Shown here: positions 1 through 12,880 of the stretch, piece by piece
How positions within the stretch are numbered: position 1 is the first letter of the stretch
Layout of the letters: each line of letters begins with the position of its first letter
Assembly (NCBI GenBank): GCA_044892505.1
Contig: CM097882.1
Location: forward strand, 219,790,001-219,854,000
Direction: 5' to 3'
From: Schmidtea nova
Lineage: Eukaryota
DNA: 64,000 nucleotides
Made by a program: the position numbers and the translations under genes
The notes under the pieces: generated by a model
Seen by the model: the letters and a program-made list of their open reading frames with translations, nothing else
Told to the model about the DNA's origin: nothing
Databases searched by the model: none

Positions 1-348
1 AAATTAAATAATAAAAATTAATACAAATAAATTAATACAAATAAATTATTAAAAATAAATTAATAAAAATTAATACAAATAAATTAATAAAAATAAATTA
101 ATAAAAATAAATTATTAAAAATAAATTATTAAAAATAATTAAAAATAAATAAAAATAAATAAAAATAAATAAAAAATAAATAAAAATAAAATAAAGACTT
201 CATTTAAACAAAATAATAAATTAAATTGACTTCATTTAAACAAAAAATTAAAATTAAAAAATTCACTTCATTTAAACAAAATTAAAAATTAAAAATTCAC
301 TTAATTTAAACAAAATAAAAAATTTTAAAAATTCACTTCATTTAAACA
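1..348. repeat. AT-only low-complexity tract followed by about five copies of TTCACTTCATTTAAACAAAA
   Basis: Direct reading. Confidence 0.8.
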
Positions 349-402
349 AAAAAATTTTTTTTTACCCCCCCCGGCGGGGGGAGGGGGGGTCTGTTCCTGT
401 TC

Positions 403-987
403 TTGGGCGCTCCCCCTACTCTACTCTTGAAACTGTTATTTTTGCCCCCTAATACTTCATCGATCTTACAACTAGATCTATGTATAGTTAACGATATCAA
501 GTCTAAGTATTCTAAATATGTCAATAACATTGTTACAAATAAGATAATTGATAATAGTGCGGATATAAAATCGTGTTTTAGTGCTTTGACATTGCTAGAA
601 GTATGTTACTGGATAAGAGAGTCTATCAATAAGGTTCTTCCCGGGACGTATTTGAATTGTTGGGAAAAGTTTGAAAAAATGAAAGAGAAGCTTGAGAATG
701 CAGATTTAGAAAAAGACGAAAATGAAGTTTTGTTTGATACTTTAATTGATCCAGACTGTGTGGTGAAAGATGATCCTATTTATGATGAATCCTTATTTTA
801 TCTCGATGAAATCATTTGCGATATATCGGAAGCATCTAGGATTGAATCTGTAAATTATTATTTAAAAAAACTGGATAAATTGTTGCATTTTGAAGAAATT
901 AATGTTAGAAAGTCGTACATTGAGTTTAAAAATAAGTACTATGAAAGTAGATCTAGAAGATCTACGGTGACTTACATTATCGATTAA
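403..987 (+). CDS. Orphan acidic, probably helical protein or terminal exon; no recognised family
   Basis: 195-codon open frame with less AT bias than its flanks; first in-frame ATG is only mid-way. Confidence 0.4.
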   Translation: MGAPPTLLLKLLFLPPNTSSILQLDLCIVNDIKSKYSKYVNNIVTNKIIDNSADIKSCFSALTLLEVCYWIRESINKVLPGTYLNCWEKFEKMKEKLENADLEKDENEVLFDTLIDPDCVVKDDPIYDESLFYLDEIICDISEASRIESVNYYLKKLDKLLHFEEINVRKSYIEFKNKYYESRSRRSTVTYIID

Positions 988-1735
988 AGGCTATTTGTAA
1001 TTTTTTATAGTTATATCTTTATAATATGTTTAAAGAATTTTATCATAAAAAAACTGAATTTATTTTTTCCATATAAATAATTATTTTAGTATGGGAATTC
1101 GGTTTAAAGCATCTTTTAACTGGATGTAATTATATTTTATCGATCACAACTGTATATTAAAAACTGCTCAGTGCTGTATTCAATTATAAAGAAAGCAACA
1201 GATTTTTACAGCGAATATCAAGCAAAATGTTCATGCTTCAATTTTGTAATCAATTAATAAAATTTTTATATATGCAATTAGAATTTATTCTGTGAATTGT
1301 CTTACCGCAATTCATGCTAATGAATTACACCTTTTAAAGTAATAAAATCATATATACATAAATAATAATTTTAAATAATGATTTTATGTAATTTTAAACG
1401 AAATAATTTTTTTCGAAATTTAGGACAAATAAGATTTTTAGGACATGTTTGTGCCCTAAATTTCACGCACTACTGTATTTGAAAGTAGTTTCTGTACATT
1501 TATTTTTTGAAACTATTTGGAAAAAGGTTTATATTTTAATTTAAATATTGGAAAATATTTTAATATTCTAATTCAATGAAATAAATAATAATTATGGGGC
1601 TCTGGTTTTCTGTACCCGTTATGTATTTGTCTTAATCGGGTAAAAAATAAAATACAAAATAAACACTAATAGAATATTTATTTTTAAGTAACATTGCTTG
1701 TTTTTTTAGTATCCTTGACAAAACTTCTGAGTTTT

Positions 1736-1984
1736 TGTAGTGCTACAATAGTAGCAGGTTGAAAATCTATATCTGAATAAATTTTCTTAGAGTGCTACAT
1801 TTTCTTCTACTTTAAAATGCTGCAAGTGCATTTTTCTTTCTCTAATTTTAAATTCTACTGGTTTTATTTGGTTATTTAAACAACTCTCATTTGTTTGTTA
1901 TATATAAGCATATTTTTAATTTAATATATATATGTATATATTTAATATATTAGAATATAAAATGTATATGACGGAAGCACTACA
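1736..1984 (-). repeat. 3' LTR of copy 1 (249 bp)
   Basis: Bounded by a 7-bp inverted repeat TGTAGTG...CACTACA; preceded by purine-rich GGAGGTGG (PPT-like, within 1985-2000); shares blocks with the LTRs at 14667 and 16934. Confidence 0.85.
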
Positions 1985-2034
1985 ATAGCCACCTCCAAAG
2001 TACGCGGAGCGTATGGGAAATGCGAAAACGGGAT

Positions 2035-5000
2035 TCAAGTGTCGGTGTGGAAATCGAGATGGTAGTCTGCGAAATACTGTGGAGGATGGCGGATGCGGTT
2101 GTGTGAAGATAGATCGGGAAATATTTCGGCATCTAGAATGGATAGGGATTGGGGAAACTCCGACCTTGGTTCATATGGAGGGTCTTTGATTAAATCTTCG
2201 CCGGTAGGGTGGTGCAGTAGAAGTTGATTTTCTTGATCGGTTATTACAAAAGCAGGTTTTAGGCTGTTCAGGCTAATCATGTGTTGTGTGTCGTCGATGT
2301 GCAGTTGGTCCGTGTTTTTATATAGTTTGATGACAGGGAAGGGACCTTTATACCGGAACTTCAAGTTAGTGGAATGCATTTCAACCAGGCGTGTGATGCT
2401 TAGGTAAGTGTATTTGGCATGTATGGTTTGTAAGAGGTTCAGTATGTGAAGGACGGGTTGGAGTTTAAAGCAAGGAAGTGGCTACGGGCCTGATTTATTT
2501 GTTGTAAAGACGATTCAGAGCCTGTCTCTATGAGCTCTGATGGCGTGCGTGTATTGGCGCCGAATAGTAATTGTGCCGGAGATACTCCGCTTGAACGATT
2601 GGGTGTGTTGTGCCATTCGAGCAGTACGAACGGCAGAGATTTGGTCCAGCCAGAGAAAGATGTGAGGATGCGAAGTAAGGTCTTGATGGTGCGTTGAGCG
2701 CGTTCGACGAGGCCGTTGGTCTGCGGATGATAGGCCGAAGTTCGCAGGTGTTTAATGTTAAAGGCGTTTGTAATATTTTAAATAGTTCTGATTCGAACTG
2801 GTGGCCTTGGTCTGTGATAATGGTTGTGGGGATCCCGTAACGGGAGAACCAGGTAGAGACCAGGTAGTTTGCGACAGTTGGTGCCGTGATATTGGGTCTA
2901 GGGACTGCTTCAAACCAACGTATCTTACGATCTATCATAGTAAGGATGCAGGGAAAACTGTCGTCTGCTGGGAGGGGTCCTACTAAGTCAATGTGCAGAA
3001 TGTTGAAGCGGGAGCCGGTTGGAAAAGGGGTGCTTATTACCTTTATGTTGTTGACAGCTATGGCACTCATTTACCCATTGTTTCACATCTTTGAATAGGG
3101 CGTACCAGGTTCCTTGCTGGCGGAGTAGAGCGTAAGTAGATTTAATGCCGGTGTGATGTAGGTTATGGACAGCGAGAAACGCTTCTTTGCGGAGTGATTC
3201 GTGTAGTATGGGGCGCAGAGATGTACCCCGTAGATGAGTTTATGGGAGTCTTTGAACCTGGAAATGTCGTTCTCGGAGGAGGTGTGGAAGCTAGGGTGTC
3301 TAGTGAAAAGATGGGGAAGAAGGGTTTTGAGATTAAGATCGCGCGTGAATAGCAGTCTGCAATTACATTATCACCTCCTGCGATGTATTTGATCTCGAAA
3401 TCAAAAGATGATAGAAAAGCGAGCTGACGGAATACCCTATTTGAAGGATCTTTCTTAGTGAGGCAGTGTAGTAGAGGTTTGTGGTCGGTGAATATTGTGA
3501 AATGTCTACCCTTTAAGAAGTGCCGGAAATGTTTAACGGGCAGCACGATGGCTAGTAGTTATCTGTTGAAGGCGCTGTACCTTGTTTCTGCTAGTGAGTA
3601 TTTCCAGGAAAAAAATTCGATTGGGCGGGGAAATTCGTCTTTAATTTTGTGGAGAACCGCCCAGGCTGCTATGCCTGAGGCGTCGGTGGTTAGAGTGAAT
3701 GGCAGGTCGTTATGTGGGTAATACAGCGTTACGTTATTAGTCAAAGCGTTTTTTACGTCTGTGAAGGCCTGATCTGTTTTGTCGGATCATTTGATAATAG
3801 CCTTTTTGGGGCCGTGATTGAGTGCTGATAGTGGTGCGGTAATGTGGGACGAGTTTGAGATAAATCGGTGGCAGAAGTTTACACTTCCGAGAAAGCTTCA
3901 AAGTTCTGTGACCGTGGACGGCTTTGGAAATCCATGGATAACATCTAGTCCTTCTGGGAATGGTTCACATCCGTCTGCGGATAGTATGTGGCCTAGGAAG
4001 CGAATGCGCGACTTGAAAAACTGGCACTTATCAGGACTGATCTGGAGGTTGTTTTTGTTGAGGACGTCAAATACCTGCATTAGATCTTTTGCGTGTGAAG
4101 ATTCGTCGAGGGAAGCGACAATTATGTCGTCTAGATAGGCGAATGTGTGTTTAAGGTGTCGGAAGGTGATATCAATGAAGCGTTGTAGGGTCTGAGCAGC
4201 GTTTCTGAGGTCTAATGGCATGAAAAGGTATTCAAAGTTGCCAAAAGGAGTATTGACTGCTGTTTTTGGAATATCATCTGGATTGACAGGGAACTAGTGG
4301 AATGCATTGGCGAGGTCAATTGTGGAAAAACTGTGTTCCCGGAAAAACGTGAAAACAAATCCTTGATGAGAGGCATTGGGTAAGCGTCATGTATTGTTAC
4401 GCTGTTCAATGCGCGAAAATCACCACAAGGACGAAAGGAACCGTCTTTCTTTGTTACCACGCGAATAGGAGAAGCCCATGGGGAAGAGGAGCGTCGGATG
4501 ATGCCCTTGTCTTCTAGCTCGGAAAATTCAAGTTCGACGGCCAGTCGTTTATTAATAGATAGAGGTCGAGAACGAGCGTTTTCTGGTGTACATGGGACGG
4601 TAGTGATGAAATGGACGGACTCTTTGCTAGGGACGTGTGTGGTAGACTTGGTCAGAAGGTTCGGGAAATGTGTGGTGATGACAGACTCTACATTATCTGC
4701 TGTTAAAGAGATTGTTGTTTTTTGTGGAACTATCGTGGAAACTGGCTGAGGGAGCTGATATATTCTTCTGTTCTTACAGTCGATGTTCACTTCTTCGGTC
4801 GATAAGAAATCGAGACCTAGTATAGGAAATGTGATATCAGTGATGTAGAAAGAGTGTGAGAAAAGTTTGGAAAAGCCTGGAAGGTGAAACTGAATTGTTT
4901 TTGTACCGGAGAGTAGTATGTGCGTACCGTTCGCTGCTACGGCGATAGGATGAACAGGGTGTGTCTGCGGCGAAGGTGGTAGGTAGTATTGAATATGAGG

Positions 5001-5050
5001 AGCCTGTGTCTAATAGGATTGTTATGGTGCGTCGATCGGGTTGACCGTAT
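2035..5050 (-). pseudogene. pol: pol pseudogene (protease, RT, RNase H, integrase)
   Basis: LLDTGSSYSILP (~5000); RPCGDFRALN..DAYPMP and FAYLDDIIVAS (RT); LTTDASG, FTDHKPL (RNase H); HNLHH..CHSC zinc finger; HIDLVGPLP...ITDQGHQFES (integrase). Confidence 0.93.
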
Positions 5051-5589
5051 TCTTCTAACAGTTGTGCGTTGATTGTGAAGTTTCCGCAATTCTAGGTACG
5101 AAAAGTGTAAGGGCTGCCTTGTTTGTCGTGATGAGGGGCATTGTTGGAGGTGGTGCGTGAAATTTGATTTGTGGTGGCTGTGGTAGAACGTGTGTGTTGC
5201 CTGCGTTGGCTTCGTCATGTGAAGAAATAGGCGGTGCTTGTTGTGTTGTTAGTGGTGTTGTTGATGGTACTGTGAATGATATTGTTGGCGGTGATGTGGG
5301 TGATGATGTGTTTAGTGTCTTTGTTATTGTTGGTGTTAGTATTGTACGAGTTGTGCTTGGTGATGCTTGTGCTGGTGCGGGTGTTGATGCTAGTGCTGTG
5401 CGAGGTGTGGTGGGTGGTGGGGTAGTTTGTGCAGTACTAAGTATTGGTTTATAGCTAGGTACTTGTATTGTAGACGAATCAACGTTAATTTCGGAAATGG
5501 TGTTTGTTGGCGCAGTTGATCGTATGTGCGTTGGACGTGTTTGGCTGTGAGAAAGAGAATTCACTGGCGGTAAGTCATCGGGCGTCCAT

Positions 5590-6151
5590 GAATGTCCGAT
5601 GACTGGGTTAGTTTTTTGAAGGATGGACGTCACGTTTGCGCCAGGTGCATCCACCGAGGCATGACCTGGCTTCATTCTTGTAGAGGTGATGGTGAATACA
5701 CACTGGGATTATTGAATTCCGATGTGTACGGGATTCGGACGTGCAACCGATGCAGTATTTCTGTGCATGTTCTCTAAATCTGTTGTGTTAAAAGCAAATT
5801 AGTTGTGCACCATTATTGGGTTGTAGGTTTTGTGTGCGTGTCGTTAGTTGGGTGTTGGGATGTTGTACATTATGTGACATCGCTGTGTGATTGGAATATC
5901 TTTCGACGTTTCGAGAGTAGGAGTTATGATGATGGTGGTGATGTGTAAATATCAGTGCGAGGTTATTAGGGTTGAAGTGCGTGGATGCGATTGGCTATTT
6001 TAGCAAGAGGGTATGGGTCTTCCGAGTCTACCAATGCGAGAGAGGTTTGTAGGTGGTATGGAAGTGCAGAAAGAAATTGGTGTTTTAAGAGCTGCATGTT
6101 TTTGGAAAGATCAGGTATGGCTGTGTCGTTGGAGCGAATGATCTCTGCCAA
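5590..6151 (-). pseudogene. gag: gag fragment of copy 1
   Basis: EIIRSNDTAIPDLSKN...SALPYHLQTSLALVDSEDPY matches the gag at 15927-16325; CF*HNRFREHAQKYCIGC is a damaged C-x2-H-x9-C-x3-C knuckle. Confidence 0.85.
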
Positions 6152-6349
6152 TATATACCATTTTTATTACGTTGTGGTACTTTATAAATATTTTACGTTG
6201 TGGTATTTTAAATTTTAAAGTTTTATTTAGAATTATAACAGGAATTTTGATAACCTGCTTTGTTTTTTACAAGAAATTAAAACTATGATGCACAGTTTGA
6301 ATAAAATATATTTCCCATTTTTTGTCACAGACTATCATTTTATTATATT

Positions 6350-9240
6350 AATTTCATGCTGGCAGAACATTACGAACAGAACCTTTAGTAACAGAACATC
6401 TTTTGTGATGGTTTTTATGGGCAAAAGCTCATTACTTTAACATATACTAAAATAACCATCATTAGCATATAAGCTTCTATCAATGTAACAGACAAATTGT
6501 GAAAGCATATTACATTTACTGATACACTTTTAATGACAATTATTATGTGAATATTTCTTGTTTGATGAATTTCTATGTATGTTTGATGAATTTCAATGCA
6601 TATTTGATATTTTGTGGATATTTTCTTGTAATTACACAGTAGAAGGATGCTATTTCATGTATTTAATGATACTTTGTGATGAAATTTCATATATATTTGA
6701 TATGTATTTCTAATGTTTTTGCACTATAATGTGATAATATTTTGTGTATGTTTGTATTTTTGATAATTTGTACCTGAATATCTATTTTGTGATTACATTT
6801 CATATGATCTATTTTAAATATTTTTTCTATGTTATCAAACTATAGTAAAATAATATTTGATGTATCTAATGTCACTTTGTGAGTATTTTCATGTATTTGC
6901 ACAATAGTATGATGACATTTCATGCATTCAACCTCGTTTTAAAGTAGAATTTACTGTGATGTTTGAAAGATTTATTTTCATTCATATAATTTTCATTAAT
7001 TTTATACATTAGCAGAACATGACTAGCAGAACATCTTTTGTGATGGTCTTTATGTGCAACAGCTCATTACTTGAACATTTATTACTGTTGCATTATAGTA
7101 TAATGATATACATGATTATATTTTGTATATGTAATGAACGTTTGATGTTTTGTATGTGATTATATCCTTTGTGTATGTATGATGATGATATTTCATATAT
7201 TTTTGATAGTTTTGTATATTTCTTTTGTAATTGCACTAGTATGTAGATATTTCTTTGATGATTTTTGTTGTGAATTTGATGAATTTCTGTGTGTTTTTGA
7301 TGATTATCTATGTATTTTGTGATGAAATTTATATGATCCATTTTTAATATTTTGTATGTATAACTTTGATGATTTCTATATATTTTTTCTATGTTATCAA
7401 ACAATAGTAAGATAATATTTGATGTATCTAATGTCGCGTTGTGAGTATTTTCATGTATTTGCATTATAGTATGATGACATTTCAAGCATTCGACCTCATT
7501 TTAAAGTAGAATTTACTGTAATGTTTGAAAAGTTTATTTTCATTCATAATACATTGTTACATTTTCATCAATTTTATTCAGTAGTAGAACATTTAATAGC
7601 AGAACATTGCGAACAGAACCCTAGTAGTGGAATATATTCTGTGATGGTTTTTATGTGTAAAAGCTCATTAGTTAAACATTTATTACTGTTACATTATAAT
7701 ATGATGATATATGTGATTATATTTTGTATGTGTAATGAACTTTTGATATTTTGTATCTGATGATTTTCTAAGTATGTTATTATATCTTTTGTGTATGTAT
7801 GATAATATTTCATATGTGTTAATATTTGTGATGATATTTCATATATTTTTGATATTTTTCTATATTTCTTATGTAATTGCACTAGTATGTAGATATTTCT
7901 TTAATGATTATGGTTGTGAATTTGATTAATTTCTGAATATTTTTGACGATTATCTATGTAATTGCACTATAATGTGATGATATTTCATGTATGTAATGTT
8001 ACTTTGTGATGATATCCTTTGTATGTATGATGCATTTTTTGATATTATATATGTATTTTACTCTAGTATGATAATAATTCATGCATTTGACTGACTATAA
8101 CATGATAGCTTTTCATGTATATGATATCCTTTGTGTATGTATGAATTATTTTTAATATGTGTATTTACATTATAGTATGATGATGTTTTGTCTGTATTTC
8201 ATGTATGTAATGATACTTGTATGTATTTTAATAATTTTCTATGTATTTTGATGTTATCAAACAATAATATGTTAATCTTTTGTGTATTTTCTTTGTGAAT
8301 CTTATAATATTTCATATATTTTGTGAGTATTTCTAATGTTTAGACACTATAATGTGATAATATTTTGTGTATATGTTTGTATTTTACTATGTATTTTACA
8401 TAAAAGTATAATAATATTTCATATATGGGATAAATTTTTGTGCAATGTGATAATATTTTGTGTATAATTTTGCACTTGTGTGATAATATTCTTTTTATGA
8501 TTATTATTGTATGTATTTCTAGTGTGTGAAAATTTCCTATAATTTTGTGTGTATTTTATTTTGTGTATTTCATTTTTTGATGATATTTCATGTATCTTTG
8601 CTATTTTCTATGTAATTTGCACTATACTATAAAAATATTTCATGCATGTGATAATCTGCAATGATATTTCTTATATGTGATATTTTGTATGTGTGATGAA
8701 TATCTTTGATAATTTCTGTATTTTGTGGATATTTCATGTATTTCAATGTTATCAAACTATAGTAAGATGAAATTTTATGTATGTATGTTTGTATTTCTGT
8801 TAATTTGATATGTATGTATATTTATTCCCGCGTGTGATCAATTTCTATGTATTTTGTGCGTATTTTTGATAATACTTCATATATATATGATGTTTTTGTA
8901 TGTGACGAATTTCTATGTACTTTTCATATTTTGTGTGTAATTTTGGTGATTTTCTATGTAATTGCAGTATGATGATATTTCGTATGTATTTTGCACAATA
9001 GTATAATGATATTTCATGTATGTAATGATACTTTGTGATAATATTTCAAGTATGTATATTTCATGTATTTTTGATATATTTGTACTATAATTTAAGAATA
9101 ATTTGTGTGATTATCTAAATAGTGTGATAACTTTTCATGTATTTATCATAGTGACAGAACATTGCTAGCAGAACCTTGCTATCAGAACCCTAGTAGCAGA
9201 TCCTATTCTGTGTTGGTTTTTATGTGCAAAAGCTTCATAT
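6350..9240. repeat. Degenerate ~600-bp tandem array built from TGATGATATTTCATGTAT-like subunits
   Basis: Anchor (G/A)CAGAAC...GTGATGGTTTTTATGTG at 6362, 7012, 7599 and 9154; ~6795-7000 is nearly identical to ~7370-7560. Confidence 0.85.
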
Positions 9241-9486
9241 TTCTAATAACAAGTATACTGTTACCTAATTTTCAATGTCCCTTATCATCATTTCAATTTA
9301 ACTGTTTAGAAAAACTTTCGATCATTGGTTGATCAATAAAATGGTTGGTTATTAAAATGGTATTTGTGCATTATAAATACAGCTTGTAAATAGTATTGAT
9401 TGGCGTAAATGAATAAAGAAACAAATAAAGAAACAAATAAAGTTAGTTTTAAAATATATATATTTAAATTATTTATTTTAAACTAG

Positions 9487-10002
9487 ATTACAGATAATTT
9501 CATTACTTTGGACAATTGGAGCCAATCATTTTTAATACTTGATGACCTTTTGACTTCGATTGAGAAATGCGATATCGATATACTTTCAAAATTTTTCCAA
9601 TCCTTCAATAATAAATTAATTAGTGGTTTAACAGAGTCATTCGGATATGATAAATCTATGATGAAATTATCCAGTTTTATTATGATTCTTAATGATATCG
9701 ATTCTACTGAATTCAATTTGAATACCATTTTCTGGACATGTATGGAATTTCGACTTGGAAAATATCGTACTATTTTTCGAACTTTCATTCTGAATGTGAG
9801 TATTTTAGAGGCAAATGTAACCAAGAAATTGGAAGAAACCAAACAAAGATTTCTCACATGTTCAATATGTAATATCAATAGAGTTGGCATTTTATATTTA
9901 CCTTGTGGACATATCATTATTTGTTCAAATTGTTTAAAAAATATTAATAAAAATGAATCTTGTGGTATTAATATTGATGAATATCATGTGATATACATAT
10001 AA
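9487..10002 (+). CDS. Protein with a C-terminal IAP/MDM2-type RING finger, penultimate Cys missing; possibly a terminal exon or pseudogene
   Basis: CSIC-x7-YLPCGHIIICSNC-x7-ESC-x-INIDEYHVIYI-stop; frame open from 9487; possible acceptor ttacag at 9493. Confidence 0.65.
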   Translation: MTDNFITLDNWSQSFLILDDLLTSIEKCDIDILSKFFQSFNNKLISGLTESFGYDKSMMKLSSFIMILNDIDSTEFNLNTIFWTCMEFRLGKYRTIFRTFILNVSILEANVTKKLEETKQRFLTCSICNINRVGILYLPCGHIIICSNCLKNINKNESCGINIDEYHVIYI

Positions 10003-10479
10003 TGTCATACAAAATATATGTATTTTCATTTAATTTATTTTTAGCATTGGCTAAGAGAATGGACTTTGTGATTAATTATTAGTCTTTATTTTTTTTTGCT
10101 TCTCTTTGTTAATCTGTCTTGGTAACAATACATGTTTTTGTTAACTTACATCTGTATTGCAATGCTTTGTTAATATTGCACATGAATTGCAGTGTCAAAA
10201 TGGGTAGGAAAATAAAAATATATATTACTTTGAGGTAGTTTAATTATTTTATTTTGACATCTCGAAGGTTTATGAATATAACCACCATACCCACATCTCA
10301 AATATCTTTCGCATGATATTTATATAGTTTTAAAAANNNNNNNNNNNNNNNNNNNNNNNNNNNNNNNNNNNNNNNNNNNNNNNNNNNNNNNNNNNNNNNN
10401 NNNNNNNNNNNNNNNNNNNNNNNNNNNNNNNNNNNNNNNNNNNNNNNNNNNNNNNNNNNNNNNNNGTTAATCAGGCTTG

Positions 10480-11090
10480 AAATGTCTTTATTGACTAACA
10501 TCTACATTGCAATGTCTTTATTAACTTGTCTCTGTTAATCATGTTGCTTACAATGCACGGGTATTGCAATGTCATTGTTAAGGAATTTGGCAATGAAATG
10601 TCTTTGTTAAATAATTTTGGCATTGAGATGTCTTTGTTAAGGAAATTGATATTGAAATGTCTTTGTTTAGAAATTTGGCAATGAAATGTCTGTGTTAAGG
10701 TTTTTGGTATTGAAATGTTTTTGTTAAGGTATTTTGGTATTATAATGTCCTTATTTAGTTATTTTGGCATTGAATTGTCTTTGTATAATTATTTTGGCAT
10801 TAAAATGTCTTTGTTAAAGTATTTTGGCATTGAAATGTCTTTTTTAAGGTGAATGGCATTGAAATGTATTTGTTAGGGAATTTGGCAATGAAATGTCTTT
10901 GTTTAATTATTTTGGCATTGAAATGTCTTTGTTAAGGAAATTGGCAATGAAATGTCTTTCTTTAATTATTTTGACATTAAAATGTCTTTATTAAGGTATT
11001 TTGGCATAAAAATGTCTATGTTTAGTTATTTTGGCATTGATGTGTCTTTGTTAAGGATTTTGACATTGAAATGTCTCTGTTAACTTGCAA
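10480..11090. repeat. ~30-bp minisatellite (GGCATTGAAATGTCTTTGTTAAGGxATTTT), about 18 copies
   Basis: Direct reading. Confidence 0.9.
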
Positions 11091-11309
11091 TATCTTTGTT
11101 GCAAATGGGGTAGGAAACTTTTGATAATAGTGGTAGAAAAATATTTTCGAACACACACACCATCTCTCATACTCATCTGTCAATTAGCTTTTGTTTGATA
11201 TACATATTATATAGTTTAAAAAATTCGAACCTTGGACCCATTATATGGCCATTATACTTACCTTTGAATTACCTTTACTTTTACTTATTTATTATACATA
11301 TACTATATA

Positions 11310-11872
11310 GTGTTAAAAATTTTGGACCCCTTGAAAGTTTTTAAAGGTTTGAAGGTTCAGCACCCACCATTAACCTTTGAAAGTATGACCATGATACTTA
11401 CATCACCAATGCCTTTTGTTTGATATGTATATTATAAGGTTTTAAAATTTTTAAACCTTGGACCTTTGTAGGGTATGACCATCTTACTCACCATCAAAAG
11501 TCCTTTTGAATGATATATAACTTATAAAGTTTGAAAAATATTTAATTTTGGACACCCCTTGAAGGTTATTGATCTACTATAAACCTTCAGGGGTGTGACC
11601 AACATGCCCACCTCTCAAATACCTTTCGAATGATATATATATTATAAGGTTTGAAAAAATTTGAAGATTTTGCACCCATTGAAGGTTGAGCACCCACCAT
11701 AGACCTTCGAAAGTATGACCATCATACTCACCCTTCAAATACCTTTCGAATGATATATATATATTATAAGGTTTGAAAAAATTTGAAGGTTTTGGACCCC
11801 TTGAAGGTTGAGCACACACCATAGACCATAAAAGGTATGACCATCATACTTATCTCTCAAATACCTTTTGAA

Positions 11873-11920
<48 letters not shown>

Positions 11921-12880
11921 AGGTTTGAAGGTTTTAGACCCCTTGAAGGTTGAGACCCCCCATACACCTTCGAGGGTATGACCAACATACTTACCTCTCA
12001 AATACATTTTGAATGATATATATATATATATATTATAAGCTTTGAAAAAATTTGAAGGTTTTGCACCCTTTGAAGGTTAAAGACCCACCATACACCTTCG
12101 AAAGTATGACCATTGTGTGCACATCTCAATTACCTTTTGTTTGACATATTACACACAAGGTTTGAAAAAGGTTGAAGGTTTTGCACCCTTTGAAGATTGA
12201 GCACCCACCATACACCTTCGAGGGTATGACCATCATTCTTACCTCTCAATAACCTTTCGAATGATATATAACTTGTAAGGTTTGAAAAAATTTGAAGGTT
12301 TTGTACCCTTTGAGGGTTGAGCACCCACCATAGACTTTAAGGGTATAACCATCATACTCACCCTTCAATTACCTTTTGTTTGATAAATAACTTGTAAGGA
12401 TTAAAAAAGGTTAAAGGTTTCAGAGCCCTTGAAGGTTGAGCACACACCATACACCTTCGAAGGTACGACCATTGTATGCACATCTCAATTTGATATATAA
12501 CTTGTAAGGTTTGAAATTTTTTGAAGGTTTTGCACCCGTTGAAGGTTGAGCACACACCATAGACCTTCAGGGGTATGACCATCATACTAACCTCTCAAAT
12601 ACATTTCGAATGATATATAAGTCGTAAGATTTAAAAATTTTGAAGGTTTTGCACCCTTTGAGGTTTGAGCACCCACCATAGACCTTCAAGGGTATGACCA
12701 TCATACTAACCTCTCAATTACCTTTCGAATGATGTATATTATAAGGATGGAAAAAGGTTGAAGGTTTTTGACCCTTTGAATGTTCGTGACCCTCCATAAA
12801 CCCTCGAGGGTATGACCATTGTATAGACCTCTCCAAGACCTTTCGAATGATACCCTTGTTTGAAGGTTTGACCTTATTTG
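11310..12880. repeat. ~120-bp tandem satellite, about 13 copies, with an internal (TA)n of variable length
   Basis: GAAGGTTGAG-type anchors at 11681, 11803, 11946, 12072, 12192, 12312, 12431, 12541 and 12660. Confidence 0.92.

Larger units (their letters stand above)
1736..6151 (-). mobile_element. Decayed, 5'-truncated Ty3/Gypsy LTR retrotransposon (CsRn1-like), copy 1
   Basis: Order gag-PR-RT-RNaseH-IN-PPT-LTR on the minus strand; many stops and frameshifts; no 5' LTR found above 6151. Confidence 0.93.

Noticed and set aside
2801-6218. Plus-strand ORFs overlapping pol and gag (for example 3458-3721, 3818-4138, 5164-5454)
   Set aside because: Antisense shadows of the retrotransposon frames with no recognisable motifs.
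7093-7882. His/Ile/Tyr-rich ORFs in the satellite, and IYIY or poly-I ORFs at 11735, 24261, 43191, 46783 and 60847
   Set aside because: Translations of satellite or microsatellite DNA.
10480-12880. Regularly spaced repeats resembling a CRISPR array
   Set aside because: Whole units repeat with no unique spacers, no cas genes are present and the context is animal DNA.
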